Source: a virus (Duplodnaviria > Heunggongvirae > Uroviricota > Caudoviricetes). From it: a DNA stretch of 50,755 nucleotides. Position 1 is the stretch's first letter, and every line of letters begins with the position of its first letter. The stretch is from IMG/VR virus record IMGVR_UViG_3300032030_000012, positions 1 to 50,755 of that record; one strand, 5' to 3'. Of this stretch, positions 29,604-39,746 are shown piece by piece. A program made the translations under genes and the position numbers. The notes beneath the pieces are model-generated. The model ran no database searches. It saw only the letters and a list, made by a program, of their open reading frames with translations, and was not told the DNA's origin.

Positions 29604-30437
29604 TTATTCTACTATTATAGATTCAAAAATATTTTTATATACAGTTTTATCTATATATTCTAAATCTGTAGTTGAATTACTAATTCTAACATTATCTAAT
29701 TTAATATTTTTAGGAGTATCACAAGCAGTAAAACCAATATTTGATACAGAATCATCCATATCCATTTTATACCAACCAGATTTAGTTACTTCTTCTTTAT
29801 GTATTTTAACATCGGAATTAAATGCTTTAATTAATGTTGTAAGATAATCATCAAATATAGATGGATAAAGATACATAATATATTCATTTTCATTTTCATT
29901 TTTAGAATTTCGATACAATATAGGAACTAATAATTCCATATTAGTAGGCATTATTCCAACTGATAAATTTTCTGATTCTAAATAATGTGAAAAAGATGTT
30001 CTTAAACGTTCAGTTAATGTATTACCTTCATCCATTAAACGTTGCATTTCTGCTTGAATTTCAGGATCATCAATATCTCCTTTTTCTTCATGTTCAGCTT
30101 TGTAATCTGCTATATATTTTTCTAAATACATCAAACGTTTAATAACACTAACATATTCAGAAAAAACATTAGGGTTTATATAATCTTTAAAACTAACAAT
30201 TATATTAGTATCAGCTTCTATTTTATCAGGTAGATTATCATTTTCTTCTACCTCTATGTTAAGATCTTCTAGTCTTCTATTTAATACTGCTAATTCTTCT
30301 GAGCTATATACAGTTATTGTTATAGTATCATCTTTTTCTATATAATTATCTATAAAACTAAGCAATCTCATTTTTGTTATTTCATTAATATTTTTAAATG
30401 TTACTTCTGCTGGTAACTGTGTTAAATCTAATATCAT
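29604..30437 (-). CDS. Hypothetical protein
   Basis: 277 aa, AAAGGAG RBS. Confidence 0.7.
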   Translation of the reverse strand: MILDLTQLPAEVTFKNINEITKMRLLSFIDNYIEKDDTITITVYSSEELAVLNRRLEDLNIEVEENDNLPDKIEADTNIIVSFKDYINPNVFSEYVSVIKRLMYLEKYIADYKAEHEEKGDIDDPEIQAEMQRLMDEGNTLTERLRTSFSHYLESENLSVGIMPTNMELLVPILYRNSKNENENEYIMYLYPSIFDDYLTTLIKAFNSDVKIHKEEVTKSGWYKMDMDDSVSNIGFTACDTPKNIKLDNVRISNSTTDLEYIDKTVYKNIFESIIVE

Positions 30438-30453
30438 TTTATAAATCTCCTTT

Positions 30454-30963
30454 CTAAATAAATATCATACAAGGTATTCCAGTTAAACCAGCTTGATATG
30501 CACCTAATACTCTATGTCTTCCATCAAATATCTTTTCTACAAAATCTATATAAGGAAGATTTTGCTTATCATCATTTTCTATTTTAGTAGCATAATCATC
30601 AACTACCTCATTAACAATATCAGGTCTATCTAATATATCTTGTATATTTGTATATTCTCTATCTTCTATAATATATGTATATTGTAAATATTGTTCAGGA
30701 GTTAATTCTACTATTCTAGGCTCTAGAAAATAATAATCATTCCAGTAATAAGATGTAAATTGATGATGTTCAACATACAATACATATTCTTTTATATTTA
30801 AAAATAAAGTATCTAAAGAAAACCCTTGATAATTTTTCTTTTTTGTAGCTTTAGGAATATTATATTTCTCTACATATATTTTTTCATTTTCCATTCTATT
30901 AAAATATTGATCAATTATTTTCTTATAATTTTCTACTATATATCTTGTATTTTCCCAACTCAT
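30454..30963 (-). CDS. ParB/Srx-like domain protein
   Basis: C-terminal DGRHRVLGA..AG...IP motif. Confidence 0.55.
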   Translation of the reverse strand: MSWENTRYIVENYKKIIDQYFNRMENEKIYVEKYNIPKATKKKNYQGFSLDTLFLNIKEYVLYVEHHQFTSYYWNDYYFLEPRIVELTPEQYLQYTYIIEDREYTNIQDILDRPDIVNEVVDDYATKIENDDKQNLPYIDFVEKIFDGRHRVLGAYQAGLTGIPCMIFI

Positions 30964-31054
30964 TATTTTAACTCCTTTTATATTTAGATATATAAAGTAT
31001 CAATTTTATTATAAAAATTGAAATTTACTATATTTATGTCTCAAATAACTATGA

Positions 31055-31309
31055 TTATTCAGCTATTCCTTTACCTTGCATTAATCTTTTTCTTTCTTGT
31101 TTTTTAAATCTATAAGCTTCTAGAACTTGCATATTTTCTGAATAATGTCCTAATACTTTTATTAAATTCCAAATAACATCCATTTGAGTTAATTGAGCTG
31201 TAACAGGTAAATCTGGATTTTCATGAATCTGTACAGCTCTTTTTTGTAAGTCTGAAACAACACTGTCTATTATTTCTTTTTTATAATCTCTATCATTATC
31301 TTTCTTCAT
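31055..31309 (-). CDS. Hypothetical protein
   Basis: Likely start MKKDND at 31309 (GGAG 9 nt upstream). Confidence 0.6.
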   Translation of the reverse strand: MKKDNDRDYKKEIIDSVVSDLQKRAVQIHENPDLPVTAQLTQMDVIWNLIKVLGHYSENMQVLEAYRFKKQERKRLMQGKGIAE

Positions 31310-31802
31310 CTTCCCATTCTCCATATAAAGCATCATCTATTAACTGTTGTGTTTCTCTCTTTTGTTTTGCTCTATTAAATTTTTCTTTTCTTTTTTCAGT
31401 ATCTAAATCTAAAGGAGATAAAGCAGTCATTGCAAGAATTTCTTGTATATCTTCAGGAGATAATATATCTTCAGGTCTAATATCTATTCCATTTTGTCTA
31501 GCTCTTAAAACAGATGCTTTATAATTTTGCATTGCTTGATTCACTAGTTGTTTTTCTCGTTCCGGTAAAGAATGAAGCCATTTATGATTATATCCTCTAA
31601 CAATAGCTCCATTCTCAACAGTAGCTTTTCCTCCTAGATGTTTTTCATGAATATGGTGATAAGTTAACATATCATCATATTTAGAATATCCTTTTATTTT
31701 CTTTCGTTTACTAGGAGGAATATATCTTAAACCTAACTTCTCTATAAAACAGATTTTACCAAAGAGTTTTTCTAATTCACGTCTAGCTTCATTATTGTTC
31801 AT
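31296..31802 (-). CDS. HNH endonuclease-like protein
   Basis: LTYHHI..K..GG.AT.ENGA.....H..LH. Confidence 0.7.
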   Translation of the reverse strand: MNNNEARRELEKLFGKICFIEKLGLRYIPPSKRKKIKGYSKYDDMLTYHHIHEKHLGGKATVENGAIVRGYNHKWLHSLPEREKQLVNQAMQNYKASVLRARQNGIDIRPEDILSPEDIQEILAMTALSPLDLDTEKRKEKFNRAKQKRETQQLIDDALYGEWEDEER

Positions 31803-31824
31803 GACTTATATTCCCCTTTCCGAT

Positions 31825-34239
31825 TTAACCGTTATATACTATTCTAACCTTTCCTTGATCATTCACAGTAGACATTACTACTCCAAATTTTTCAATTCTA
31901 TTATTAGTATAATCAACAGTTCCATCAGGAAGTGCTTTAACTATTTGACCAGGAGTTAAATAAGGATTATTTGTTTTAACCCAAATTTTACCTACCATAC
32001 CTACAATACATTTTTGATCTTCTTCTAAATCTTTTCCTCCAAGTAATACACCTTCTGTATTTGAACATATACCTACTATAGCATCAAGATCTGACATCAT
32101 TTCTACTTTATGAACTAATCCATCTTCTCTTATACATACTATATCTCCTGGCTCTATTATTTCTTCTGGTAATTTTTCAAATACTTCAGCATAGTCATTA
32201 TATACAGCATTATAAACTTTAGATCCTGTAATTGTTCCTGTTGTAGTCCAATTTCCAGTACCTGTTAATGTTCCATTAACTGTTGTATTCCCTAAAGATG
32301 TTGTTCCTGCATATAAATTCTTTTCACCTGAACTTCCTACATAGAAGTTACAGTTTGTTCTTAAATTTGTAGCGTTATTATCTTTAGTTATTGTTACATC
32401 TCCACCAGTTCCTCTAGAAAATGTTACAACACCATTTGAAGTTTTTAATCCATTACCTGTTATTAATCCAGTTGCTGTTATAGTACTATTAGTTGCTAAA
32501 GCTCCATCTAAATTTAATATTTTTTGATTATCAGTTTTGTATAAACTAACATCCATAGCACTATTATCATCTTTCCAATAAATAATTGGATTAACAGATG
32601 TGCTTGCGTTATATAATTCTAATTTACCACTATTATATAATTTAGAATATGATGTATTAGCAGTATTTCTTGTTAAATAATATCCAGCATCAGCTGTATT
32701 ATTTATTTCATTAATAGCTCCAGGTGTAAATATTGTTTTTATAGATGCATCAGCATTTGCTATTTGCCATTCACTATTTTTTAACCAAGTTTTCTCTTGT
32801 CCAAATGTTGTTGTAGATCCTAAATATAATGTAGTTGTAGCTCTAACATCATTTAAGAAATCTGATTTAGGACTTATTTTCATAAAGCTTACATTATCTT
32901 GTAATAATGATACTACTTGATTAGAATTATTATATTGCCATATAGCCTTTCCTACAGTGAATTTAGCTGTATTAGCATCTGTGAATGTAAAATTAAATGC
33001 TAAATTAGGAGCATTTGGATCTGTTATTTTAACATTATTATTATCTAAAGTTAATTTAGGTGAATTTGTATTTTCAGTAGATAATGATATTTCATTATCT
33101 CCTTCTATTGTAACTGGTCCTTCTGCATCAATACATATTCCACCATTATTGTGAATATGTAATTTATTATCAGTTTCTGATTCGTAAATTTCTCCTTTTC
33201 CTATACTCCATTTATAAGTATTACCTTCAACATCAATATTTATATCTCTATCAGAATTATCAATATAATAAATATTGCCAGTATCACCCCAGTTAGTTTT
33301 AGGATCTTGATTTATAAAATTAGTAATATATTCTATATCTTTATCATCTATAACACCATCATGATTTACATCAGATAATATTTTTTCTAAGTCTGTAGGA
33401 GTAGCAGTACCATCAACAAAAGTTTGGATTATTCTTAAATCTTCAGCATCAATAACTCCATCTCTATTAACATCTCCATAAAATTGTAATAGATTATTAT
33501 TTACTGTAGGATCTTTAATAGTTATATGAGAACCATTTTCATCCACATTCATAATAATTCCAGGATTACTATTTTCTCTATTATCAGCTATTGTAATAGG
33601 TCCATATACAATATCTCCTTCTTTAGAAAAATACCAATCAGGAATTTTATAAATATATTCTTGAAGATTTAATCTTCTTATATCTGGATGTTTTGGATCT
33701 AAAAATTTACATAGAATATCTTCTGCCCATATTCTTCCATATTTATCTTCGTCTTCTTCTAAATTAGAAAAATTAGTTCCATCCCATTCTACTGAACCTA
33801 AATATAATATATCTGGATCTGTTACAGGATCTGGTTTCTCATCAAAATATGTTAGATATACTCCTTTAAAAGTTCTTAAAGAACCATATACTAAATCACC
33901 TAAAACATTTCTAGAGCTATCTCTAGCTAGTTTGAATGCTAAATACCATTTTCCTATTCCATCTGGAGCTCCTATTGTAATAGAATTCTCCATAATAAGA
34001 TCCATACCATTAATTGAACATTGACCTTTTAATACTCTTATCAAAGGTTCTCCTGTAGATATATCACTTATTAAACTCAATTCAAAAGAAGGTTTAACTA
34101 TACAGAAGTTCTTACTTGATACTCTAGTTACAAATCTAGCCATATTAAATTCAAGATTCAATTTACCGTCATCTTGTTGGTTTGAACCAGGATAACATGT
34201 AATATCTTCTCCATTGTAATTTACTATTGGATGAGCCAT
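31825..34239 (-). CDS. Tail spike/fibre with dockerin-like domain and C-terminal autoproteolytic chaperone-like domain
   Basis: GDVNRDGVIDAED...SDVNHDGVIDDKD; C-terminal NDYAEVFE..PGDIV..VGICS..VGMVGKIWVK. Confidence 0.7.
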   Translation of the reverse strand: MAHPIVNYNGEDITCYPGSNQQDDGKLNLEFNMARFVTRVSSKNFCIVKPSFELSLISDISTGEPLIRVLKGQCSINGMDLIMENSITIGAPDGIGKWYLAFKLARDSSRNVLGDLVYGSLRTFKGVYLTYFDEKPDPVTDPDILYLGSVEWDGTNFSNLEEDEDKYGRIWAEDILCKFLDPKHPDIRRLNLQEYIYKIPDWYFSKEGDIVYGPITIADNRENSNPGIIMNVDENGSHITIKDPTVNNNLLQFYGDVNRDGVIDAEDLRIIQTFVDGTATPTDLEKILSDVNHDGVIDDKDIEYITNFINQDPKTNWGDTGNIYYIDNSDRDINIDVEGNTYKWSIGKGEIYESETDNKLHIHNNGGICIDAEGPVTIEGDNEISLSTENTNSPKLTLDNNNVKITDPNAPNLAFNFTFTDANTAKFTVGKAIWQYNNSNQVVSLLQDNVSFMKISPKSDFLNDVRATTTLYLGSTTTFGQEKTWLKNSEWQIANADASIKTIFTPGAINEINNTADAGYYLTRNTANTSYSKLYNSGKLELYNASTSVNPIIYWKDDNSAMDVSLYKTDNQKILNLDGALATNSTITATGLITGNGLKTSNGVVTFSRGTGGDVTITKDNNATNLRTNCNFYVGSSGEKNLYAGTTSLGNTTVNGTLTGTGNWTTTGTITGSKVYNAVYNDYAEVFEKLPEEIIEPGDIVCIREDGLVHKVEMMSDLDAIVGICSNTEGVLLGGKDLEEDQKCIVGMVGKIWVKTNNPYLTPGQIVKALPDGTVDYTNNRIEKFGVVMSTVNDQGKVRIVYNG

Positions 34240-34265
34240 TTATTTTGCCTCCTTATCTTTTATTC

Positions 34266-34282
34266 ATCTATTAATATTTTAC
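34266..34282 (-). promoter_or_regulatory. Putative late promoter motif (copy 9)
   Basis: GTAAAATATTAATAGAT, 26 nt upstream of ATG 34239. Confidence 0.75.
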
Positions 34283-34291
34283 ACAAAAATA

Positions 34292-34319
34292 AAAGAGATT
34301 ATTTTCATATAATCTCTTT
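34292..34319 (-). terminator. Intrinsic terminator
   Basis: aaagagattat/ataatctcttt. Confidence 0.8.
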
Positions 34320-34339
34320 ATATATCTATAAATTATATT

Positions 34340-35917
34340 CTATTTTAATAATATTACATTATCATATAAATATTTCATATAATTTCTACCACCAGTTCCA
34401 TCTTTAGCAGCTGTAACATATTCATCAGTTGTTGTAAATGATGTTATAATCTGATTTTGATAATCAAATTTAACTTTTACTAAATCATTATGAACAGGAG
34501 CATAATTATTAACTTGATTTTTAGTTTCTACAATTCTTTTAAAAATATTATCATAAGTATATTGAGATTGTAGAATAATAGTAGTTTTAGCTATAGCTTT
34601 ATCAGGTATACCACCTGTTACTGCATAAGTATTTTTTGCATTATTAACAGCATCTCTTACAGTATTATAATGAGTTGCCATTATAAAATCTCCTTGTGAT
34701 ACTGAATAACTAGGTACTACTTTTATTATAGTTACTTTATCTGACCATTCACTCCATCCATATTCTGTATCGGCTGTAGCATTATAAGGCTTTTTAACTC
34801 TTACTCTCATTATATAAGTAGATGTTTTGGTTATATTATTAGCATTTGGCCATATTATAATTTTCTTTTGATATGTTAAATCATTTACTAAAGATGAAAA
34901 TGTATAATTTTGACTTATCAGTGTAGCTCCCGAACTTGTACCATCTGTATTTGCAAATTTATAAACTTTTCCATTTATATCAAATTCTATATTATCATAT
35001 TTATAAGTTCCTGTTACAGAATCTTTATCAGGATCAGTAGGAAGTTGAAAACAAATTCTAAAATCATCATTTATCCAATTGCTATTATTGATAGGATATG
35101 TTATAACAGGTTTATTTAATCTATTCATAACAATAATAAAAGGTATTTTTTCTATTGTACCATTATAATACCAGAAATTAGCTTGAGTTTCTGTATCATT
35201 TTTAAAATATGGTGTAATATCTATATAAGTTAATAAACCATTTGCAGGTATATCATTCTTTGGAATAACATAATTCTTGTTTGATGTGTAATATGTTTTA
35301 ACCACAGTTCCTGCATTATTATATAATCTTATTCTATATCCTTGAGTATATCCAGCTTGAGCTTGTGTAGTATCATAAGACCATGAAACTGTAACATCAG
35401 TTAGTTTTGATTTAGCTATTACTTTAGATTTAGGTATATTATTTCCTGAACTGTCCTTATATGAAACGTTATTATTAACTATACCAATTCTAGGTCTATA
35501 ATAAACAGTAAATGTAATAGTAGGTTTATTTGTAGATTCATAAATGGTTGTACTTGTATTAAGTTTTGTACTCCATCTCTCCATTTGTAAAATTATACTT
35601 TGACCATCATTAGCTTTTGGAACTAAAGTTCTCATTTCTGCAGCAGTTCTTGACCAAGAAGTTATATTTCCTAATGAGGTCCAACCAGTATAATCTGCAG
35701 AACCTCTCTTTATTCTATATCTTGTTACAAAATCATTTTCATAAGCTGACCATGCTCTATTATTAGTACCAGATATTATAAATTTATTATCTTGATTAGC
35801 ATTTTGTGAAGTTCTAGTAGCCGTAATAGAATTATTTAAAGTTGGAATTCTATATGTATAAATAACCAATCCTTGTCTAGGATCCCAAGAACTAGGAGAT
35901 AGAGCTTCTCCGACCAT
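34340..35917 (-). CDS. C-terminal part of a frameshifted tail protein (paralogue of 26706..29030)
   Basis: LNKPVITYPIN.S.W...FRI, WSEWSD and GRNYM match the 774-aa paralogue; no RBS before ATG 35917. Confidence 0.65.
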   Translation of the reverse strand: MVGEALSPSSWDPRQGLVIYTYRIPTLNNSITATRTSQNANQDNKFIISGTNNRAWSAYENDFVTRYRIKRGSADYTGWTSLGNITSWSRTAAEMRTLVPKANDGQSIILQMERWSTKLNTSTTIYESTNKPTITFTVYYRPRIGIVNNNVSYKDSSGNNIPKSKVIAKSKLTDVTVSWSYDTTQAQAGYTQGYRIRLYNNAGTVVKTYYTSNKNYVIPKNDIPANGLLTYIDITPYFKNDTETQANFWYYNGTIEKIPFIIVMNRLNKPVITYPINNSNWINDDFRICFQLPTDPDKDSVTGTYKYDNIEFDINGKVYKFANTDGTSSGATLISQNYTFSSLVNDLTYQKKIIIWPNANNITKTSTYIMRVRVKKPYNATADTEYGWSEWSDKVTIIKVVPSYSVSQGDFIMATHYNTVRDAVNNAKNTYAVTGGIPDKAIAKTTIILQSQYTYDNIFKRIVETKNQVNNYAPVHNDLVKVKFDYQNQIITSFTTTDEYVTAAKDGTGGRNYMKYLYDNVILLK

Positions 35918-36680
35918 TAGATACTAAAGTAATTCTATATCTTTGACCATCAGAAAAACCTTTATCTATTCCTAAATCATAATAATCCCAAACTCCTGAT
36001 GAAGATCCTGTAACTCTTCTTAATACAGGTTCCCATCTAACTCCCCATTGTGTAGCATTATAATCATGAATAGCTAATGTTATAGGACAATTTGAATTTG
36101 AACCCGAATTATAACTATAATGCACTCCCCATTGTTTTCCAGATCCAGTTGTAGAAGTAGATTGTACTTTTGCTATTCTTGTATAATCATCAGGATTTAA
36201 CCATATAGAAGAAGGAGTATATGGATTATATGCAGGATAATATACTGTATCTGACCAAGTTCCATGATATGGACAACTAGTTCTATTACCAATATCAGTA
36301 GCTCTAGAACCCGATCCAGCTGTACAATTATTAGATTCACCTGTAGGATTTGCATATGTTCCTTGATGACACCATATATCTATAGTAACACCACTAGCTC
36401 CTGAAGAATTATCATTATATCTATCAAATTCAATTGATCCACTAGTATCACTATAGTTACCACCAACAAGGTAACCGATAGTTGAAGCATTATCTACTGT
36501 TACTTTAATACCTAAAGCATTAGAAGAACCATAATAAGCTCCTGAACCCAGACTATTATAAAAATCAAATTTATAATGCACATAAGGAGTTTTATCACTA
36601 GCTCTAGTAGCAGAATAGCTACATGATAGATACATAGTAGGACGCCAGTGCCATGATTTGCTAGAAAATAGATCAGCCAT
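35892..36680 (-). CDS. N-terminal part of the frameshifted tail protein
   Basis: 262 aa, GAGGAG RBS; overlaps the next ORF by 26 nt; last codons have atypical usage. Confidence 0.65.
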   Translation of the reverse strand: MADLFSSKSWHWRPTMYLSCSYSATRASDKTPYVHYKFDFYNSLGSGAYYGSSNALGIKVTVDNASTIGYLVGGNYSDTSGSIEFDRYNDNSSGASGVTIDIWCHQGTYANPTGESNNCTAGSGSRATDIGNRTSCPYHGTWSDTVYYPAYNPYTPSSIWLNPDDYTRIAKVQSTSTTGSGKQWGVHYSYNSGSNSNCPITLAIHDYNATQWGVRWEPVLRRVTGSSSGVWDYYDLGIDKGFSDGQRYRITLVSNGRRSSIS

Positions 36681-36696
36681 TTTTTCTCCTCTCTAT

Positions 36697-39651
36697 TTAT
36701 ATTTTTAGTATGAATACTTGTAAATCATTAATATCATAAACAACCGATGTATTAACTCTAATAGTATTATTATCAATAATACTATTATCTATATATAATT
36801 GTTCTCCAGTAGTAGAATTTCTAAACTGAACTATTATATTAGAAGAATTTAAATTATGAGTTACAGTAAATGTAGTACTTATATTATCTCCTAAAGTAGT
36901 AGTGTATGATGATATAGCTCTATCATCTACATATTTTTTAGTAGCTGGATGATAATCTTGAGTTGGATTATATGAACCAGTTGTATATGAATCTGCTTTC
37001 AAGAAAGATCCTTCAGATGATGTTGAGTAACTACTTGATACATTATCTACAACAAAGGTACTACCCTCACTTCTAAATGTAATAGTAAAGTAATATTTAA
37101 TCATATTAAGTGTACTTGCAGGTTGGTTTTGATTAATTACATTCCAATGTTCATGTAATCCTAAAACTCGCCATGTTAAACTTTGAGCGGTAGGATTAGG
37201 TAAAGTTGAGTTTATACAGAATATATTAAATTTATTATCTGTATTATTTTCTGCAAATATATAAATTGGTTTAGTATTTCTATTAGGTATAAATGAATTT
37301 AATAAATTAATAAAATCAGTTAATTCATCAGAACTCATATTATTACTATATCTTAAAACTTCATATGGTAAATTTGTATTAGCTGTTATTCTTATTCTAT
37401 CATTTGTATTAGTAACAGTTATACCTTCACCGAAATCTAATATATGTCTATATGGAACTAAAGATCCAAATGCATAAACATCATGGCCTATATTGTTAAA
37501 TATATTATCATAACCAGTTTGAGTTATTCCTAATTTTAATCCAAAATTTGAAGAACCATCTGATGATACAGCTGAACTTGTTCCTAATATCTCGACATCT
37601 CCACCATTATCAGAATTAATAGAGAAAGCAGATGTTAGATTAGATACTGAGGCTCCTTCTATTATACCATTTCCAGATGTAACAACTATCTTATTTTGAG
37701 GTATTGTATTACCTATTGTATAATTAATATAATTTGTATCTAAAGCTCCTACATCAGAAGCTTGTAATGTTACAGCTCCTGTATTTCCATTAACACTTAA
37801 TACATTATCATTAGTATCAATTTTATTCCAAGTACTATCATAATATAAACACCAATCTCCTACTTGGAACAATTTATTATTAAATGTAGCTTCTGTATCA
37901 GCTATCCAGAACTGACCTTCCATAGGATTGTTACTTGGAGCTCCTGTTTGAGGATTCCAATTACCTTTAGGTACTAATCCTGTTTGAGAAGCAGGTAATT
38001 GAGAAGGTGTTAATTTACCATCTTGACCTAAAGTAGCTACGGTTACACCTAAATCAGAACTTTGAACAATATTACTTCCAGGATCTAATGTTAAATTAAT
38101 ACTTGCTTGAGTTGCAGAAGTATCTATATCTACAATACCACTAGCTTCTCCTGTTACTATTAATCTTATAGGATGATCTAAAGCTGAAGATGTTTGAGCG
38201 TTACCTGGTAAATCACCATTTGCATTAACAGCTAAGGCTTTTCCTTCAGTAGGTATTTGACTTAATATATTATTTGCAGAAGTATTTATAGAAACATTTC
38301 CACTTAAATCTGTACTAACTGATCCTGTTATATCTCCAGTTAAACTAATACTAATTGCATTTGCTAAAGCATTTGTAGAAGCTGATGTTCCTGGTAATAT
38401 TAGATCATTATTTACTTTTAAAGGTTTTCCTGCTGTAGGAATATCAGTAGATGCTACAGAAGCTATTTTATTATCTACCTGATTTTTATTATAATAATTT
38501 TCAGGATCTACAGTTGAAATAGCATCTATTTGATCTTGTAAATCAACCATAGTAGCTTCATAATCTGTATGATGATGTTTTGAACCATCTATTTCTAAAT
38601 TAACTGTAGTATCAGTTAATTTATTAACAAGAGCACTTCCTGAAGCCCCTCCAGCAAAAGTTAATGTAAACGGATTTGCAGTCATTCTAAATGATCTTGA
38701 TTGTGAATTATAATTTACAGTTATACCTTCAGCTGTCATTCTTGAGAATACATCATTTACTTGAACCAATGCTTGATCTCTAGCAGCTGAGTTAAAATCT
38801 ATAATATCATTAGCTACATGACTATGACCTACAAGAGATATATCATCTAATGTCATACCATTAATTCTTTTAACATTAATATCTAAAGGACTTGGTAATG
38901 ATGGATCTTGTAGTTTAGAATATATATCCTGCGGAGTTATAACTTTTATAGCAGATACATCTAAGTTTCCTTCATGAAATACTTCATATATATGATCATC
39001 TTTAGGATACTCAGAAGGATCTTCCTCTGGTATTTCGGAATAATCAACAAACATTTGATTATTTTTATTATGAAATTCTGATCTTAAATATGATTTACCA
39101 TTATCACCTAATAATAATTCATCATTAGAACTCATTTTACCATTTGGTAATAATCTAATACCTCCTCCTAAAAAAGAAGATATTACCATATTATCATTAG
39201 ATTCTTCTATATAAATCTTACCTTTGATAATACGATTTTTATCACGAATAACAACAGATCCATCTTTTAATAAACCATTATTATCTAAAACAGTATATGG
39301 TTGATTTCCATTATATACATCAGTTATATTTCTATTGTCATCATATACATATGCACTTGGATAACTCGTATCTGTATATAAAGAAACCCATTTATTATTC
39401 CATAGCCATAATGAGTTATCTTCCCAGCAATAATAAGTTGTTCCATAAGCAGGTGTCATATAATAGAATAAATCATTTAAAGTATTAACTCCGGTATAAC
39501 TATAAGTTACTCTTCTACTATTTGATTCATCATAATATAATCTTTGTGTATCTAAGCACATATACATATTGCCTTGTTTTTTATTGGTAGTTAATAAATC
39601 AAATTCGTTCATTCTATATATTCTATTTATTTGTGGAGTTATCACTGCCAT
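36697..39651 (-). CDS. Large tail fibre/structural protein
   Basis: 984 aa, S/T/G-rich; VLSVNGNTGAVTL, HPATKKYVD and TVTHNLNS fibre motifs. Confidence 0.7.
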   Translation of the reverse strand: MAVITPQINRIYRMNEFDLLTTNKKQGNMYMCLDTQRLYYDESNSRRVTYSYTGVNTLNDLFYYMTPAYGTTYYCWEDNSLWLWNNKWVSLYTDTSYPSAYVYDDNRNITDVYNGNQPYTVLDNNGLLKDGSVVIRDKNRIIKGKIYIEESNDNMVISSFLGGGIRLLPNGKMSSNDELLLGDNGKSYLRSEFHNKNNQMFVDYSEIPEEDPSEYPKDDHIYEVFHEGNLDVSAIKVITPQDIYSKLQDPSLPSPLDINVKRINGMTLDDISLVGHSHVANDIIDFNSAARDQALVQVNDVFSRMTAEGITVNYNSQSRSFRMTANPFTLTFAGGASGSALVNKLTDTTVNLEIDGSKHHHTDYEATMVDLQDQIDAISTVDPENYYNKNQVDNKIASVASTDIPTAGKPLKVNNDLILPGTSASTNALANAISISLTGDITGSVSTDLSGNVSINTSANNILSQIPTEGKALAVNANGDLPGNAQTSSALDHPIRLIVTGEASGIVDIDTSATQASINLTLDPGSNIVQSSDLGVTVATLGQDGKLTPSQLPASQTGLVPKGNWNPQTGAPSNNPMEGQFWIADTEATFNNKLFQVGDWCLYYDSTWNKIDTNDNVLSVNGNTGAVTLQASDVGALDTNYINYTIGNTIPQNKIVVTSGNGIIEGASVSNLTSAFSINSDNGGDVEILGTSSAVSSDGSSNFGLKLGITQTGYDNIFNNIGHDVYAFGSLVPYRHILDFGEGITVTNTNDRIRITANTNLPYEVLRYSNNMSSDELTDFINLLNSFIPNRNTKPIYIFAENNTDNKFNIFCINSTLPNPTAQSLTWRVLGLHEHWNVINQNQPASTLNMIKYYFTITFRSEGSTFVVDNVSSSYSTSSEGSFLKADSYTTGSYNPTQDYHPATKKYVDDRAISSYTTTLGDNISTTFTVTHNLNSSNIIVQFRNSTTGEQLYIDNSIIDNNTIRVNTSVVYDINDLQVFILKI

Positions 39652-39677
39652 ATTTTTCTCTCCTTATAAAATAAAAA

Positions 39678-39706
39678 ATTAGTAGGATATCACTTATCCT
39701 ACTAAT
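39678..39706 (-). terminator. Intrinsic terminator overlapping the promoter motif
   Basis: attagtaggata/tatcctactaat followed by a T-run on the minus strand. Confidence 0.75.
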
Positions 39707-39713
39707 ATTTTAC
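39697..39713 (-). promoter_or_regulatory. Putative late promoter motif (copy 10)
   Basis: GTAAAATATTAGTAGGA, forming one arm of the hairpin. Confidence 0.6.
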
Positions 39714-39746
39714 TTATTTTAAATATCGCAATTTTTATAAATTTTA

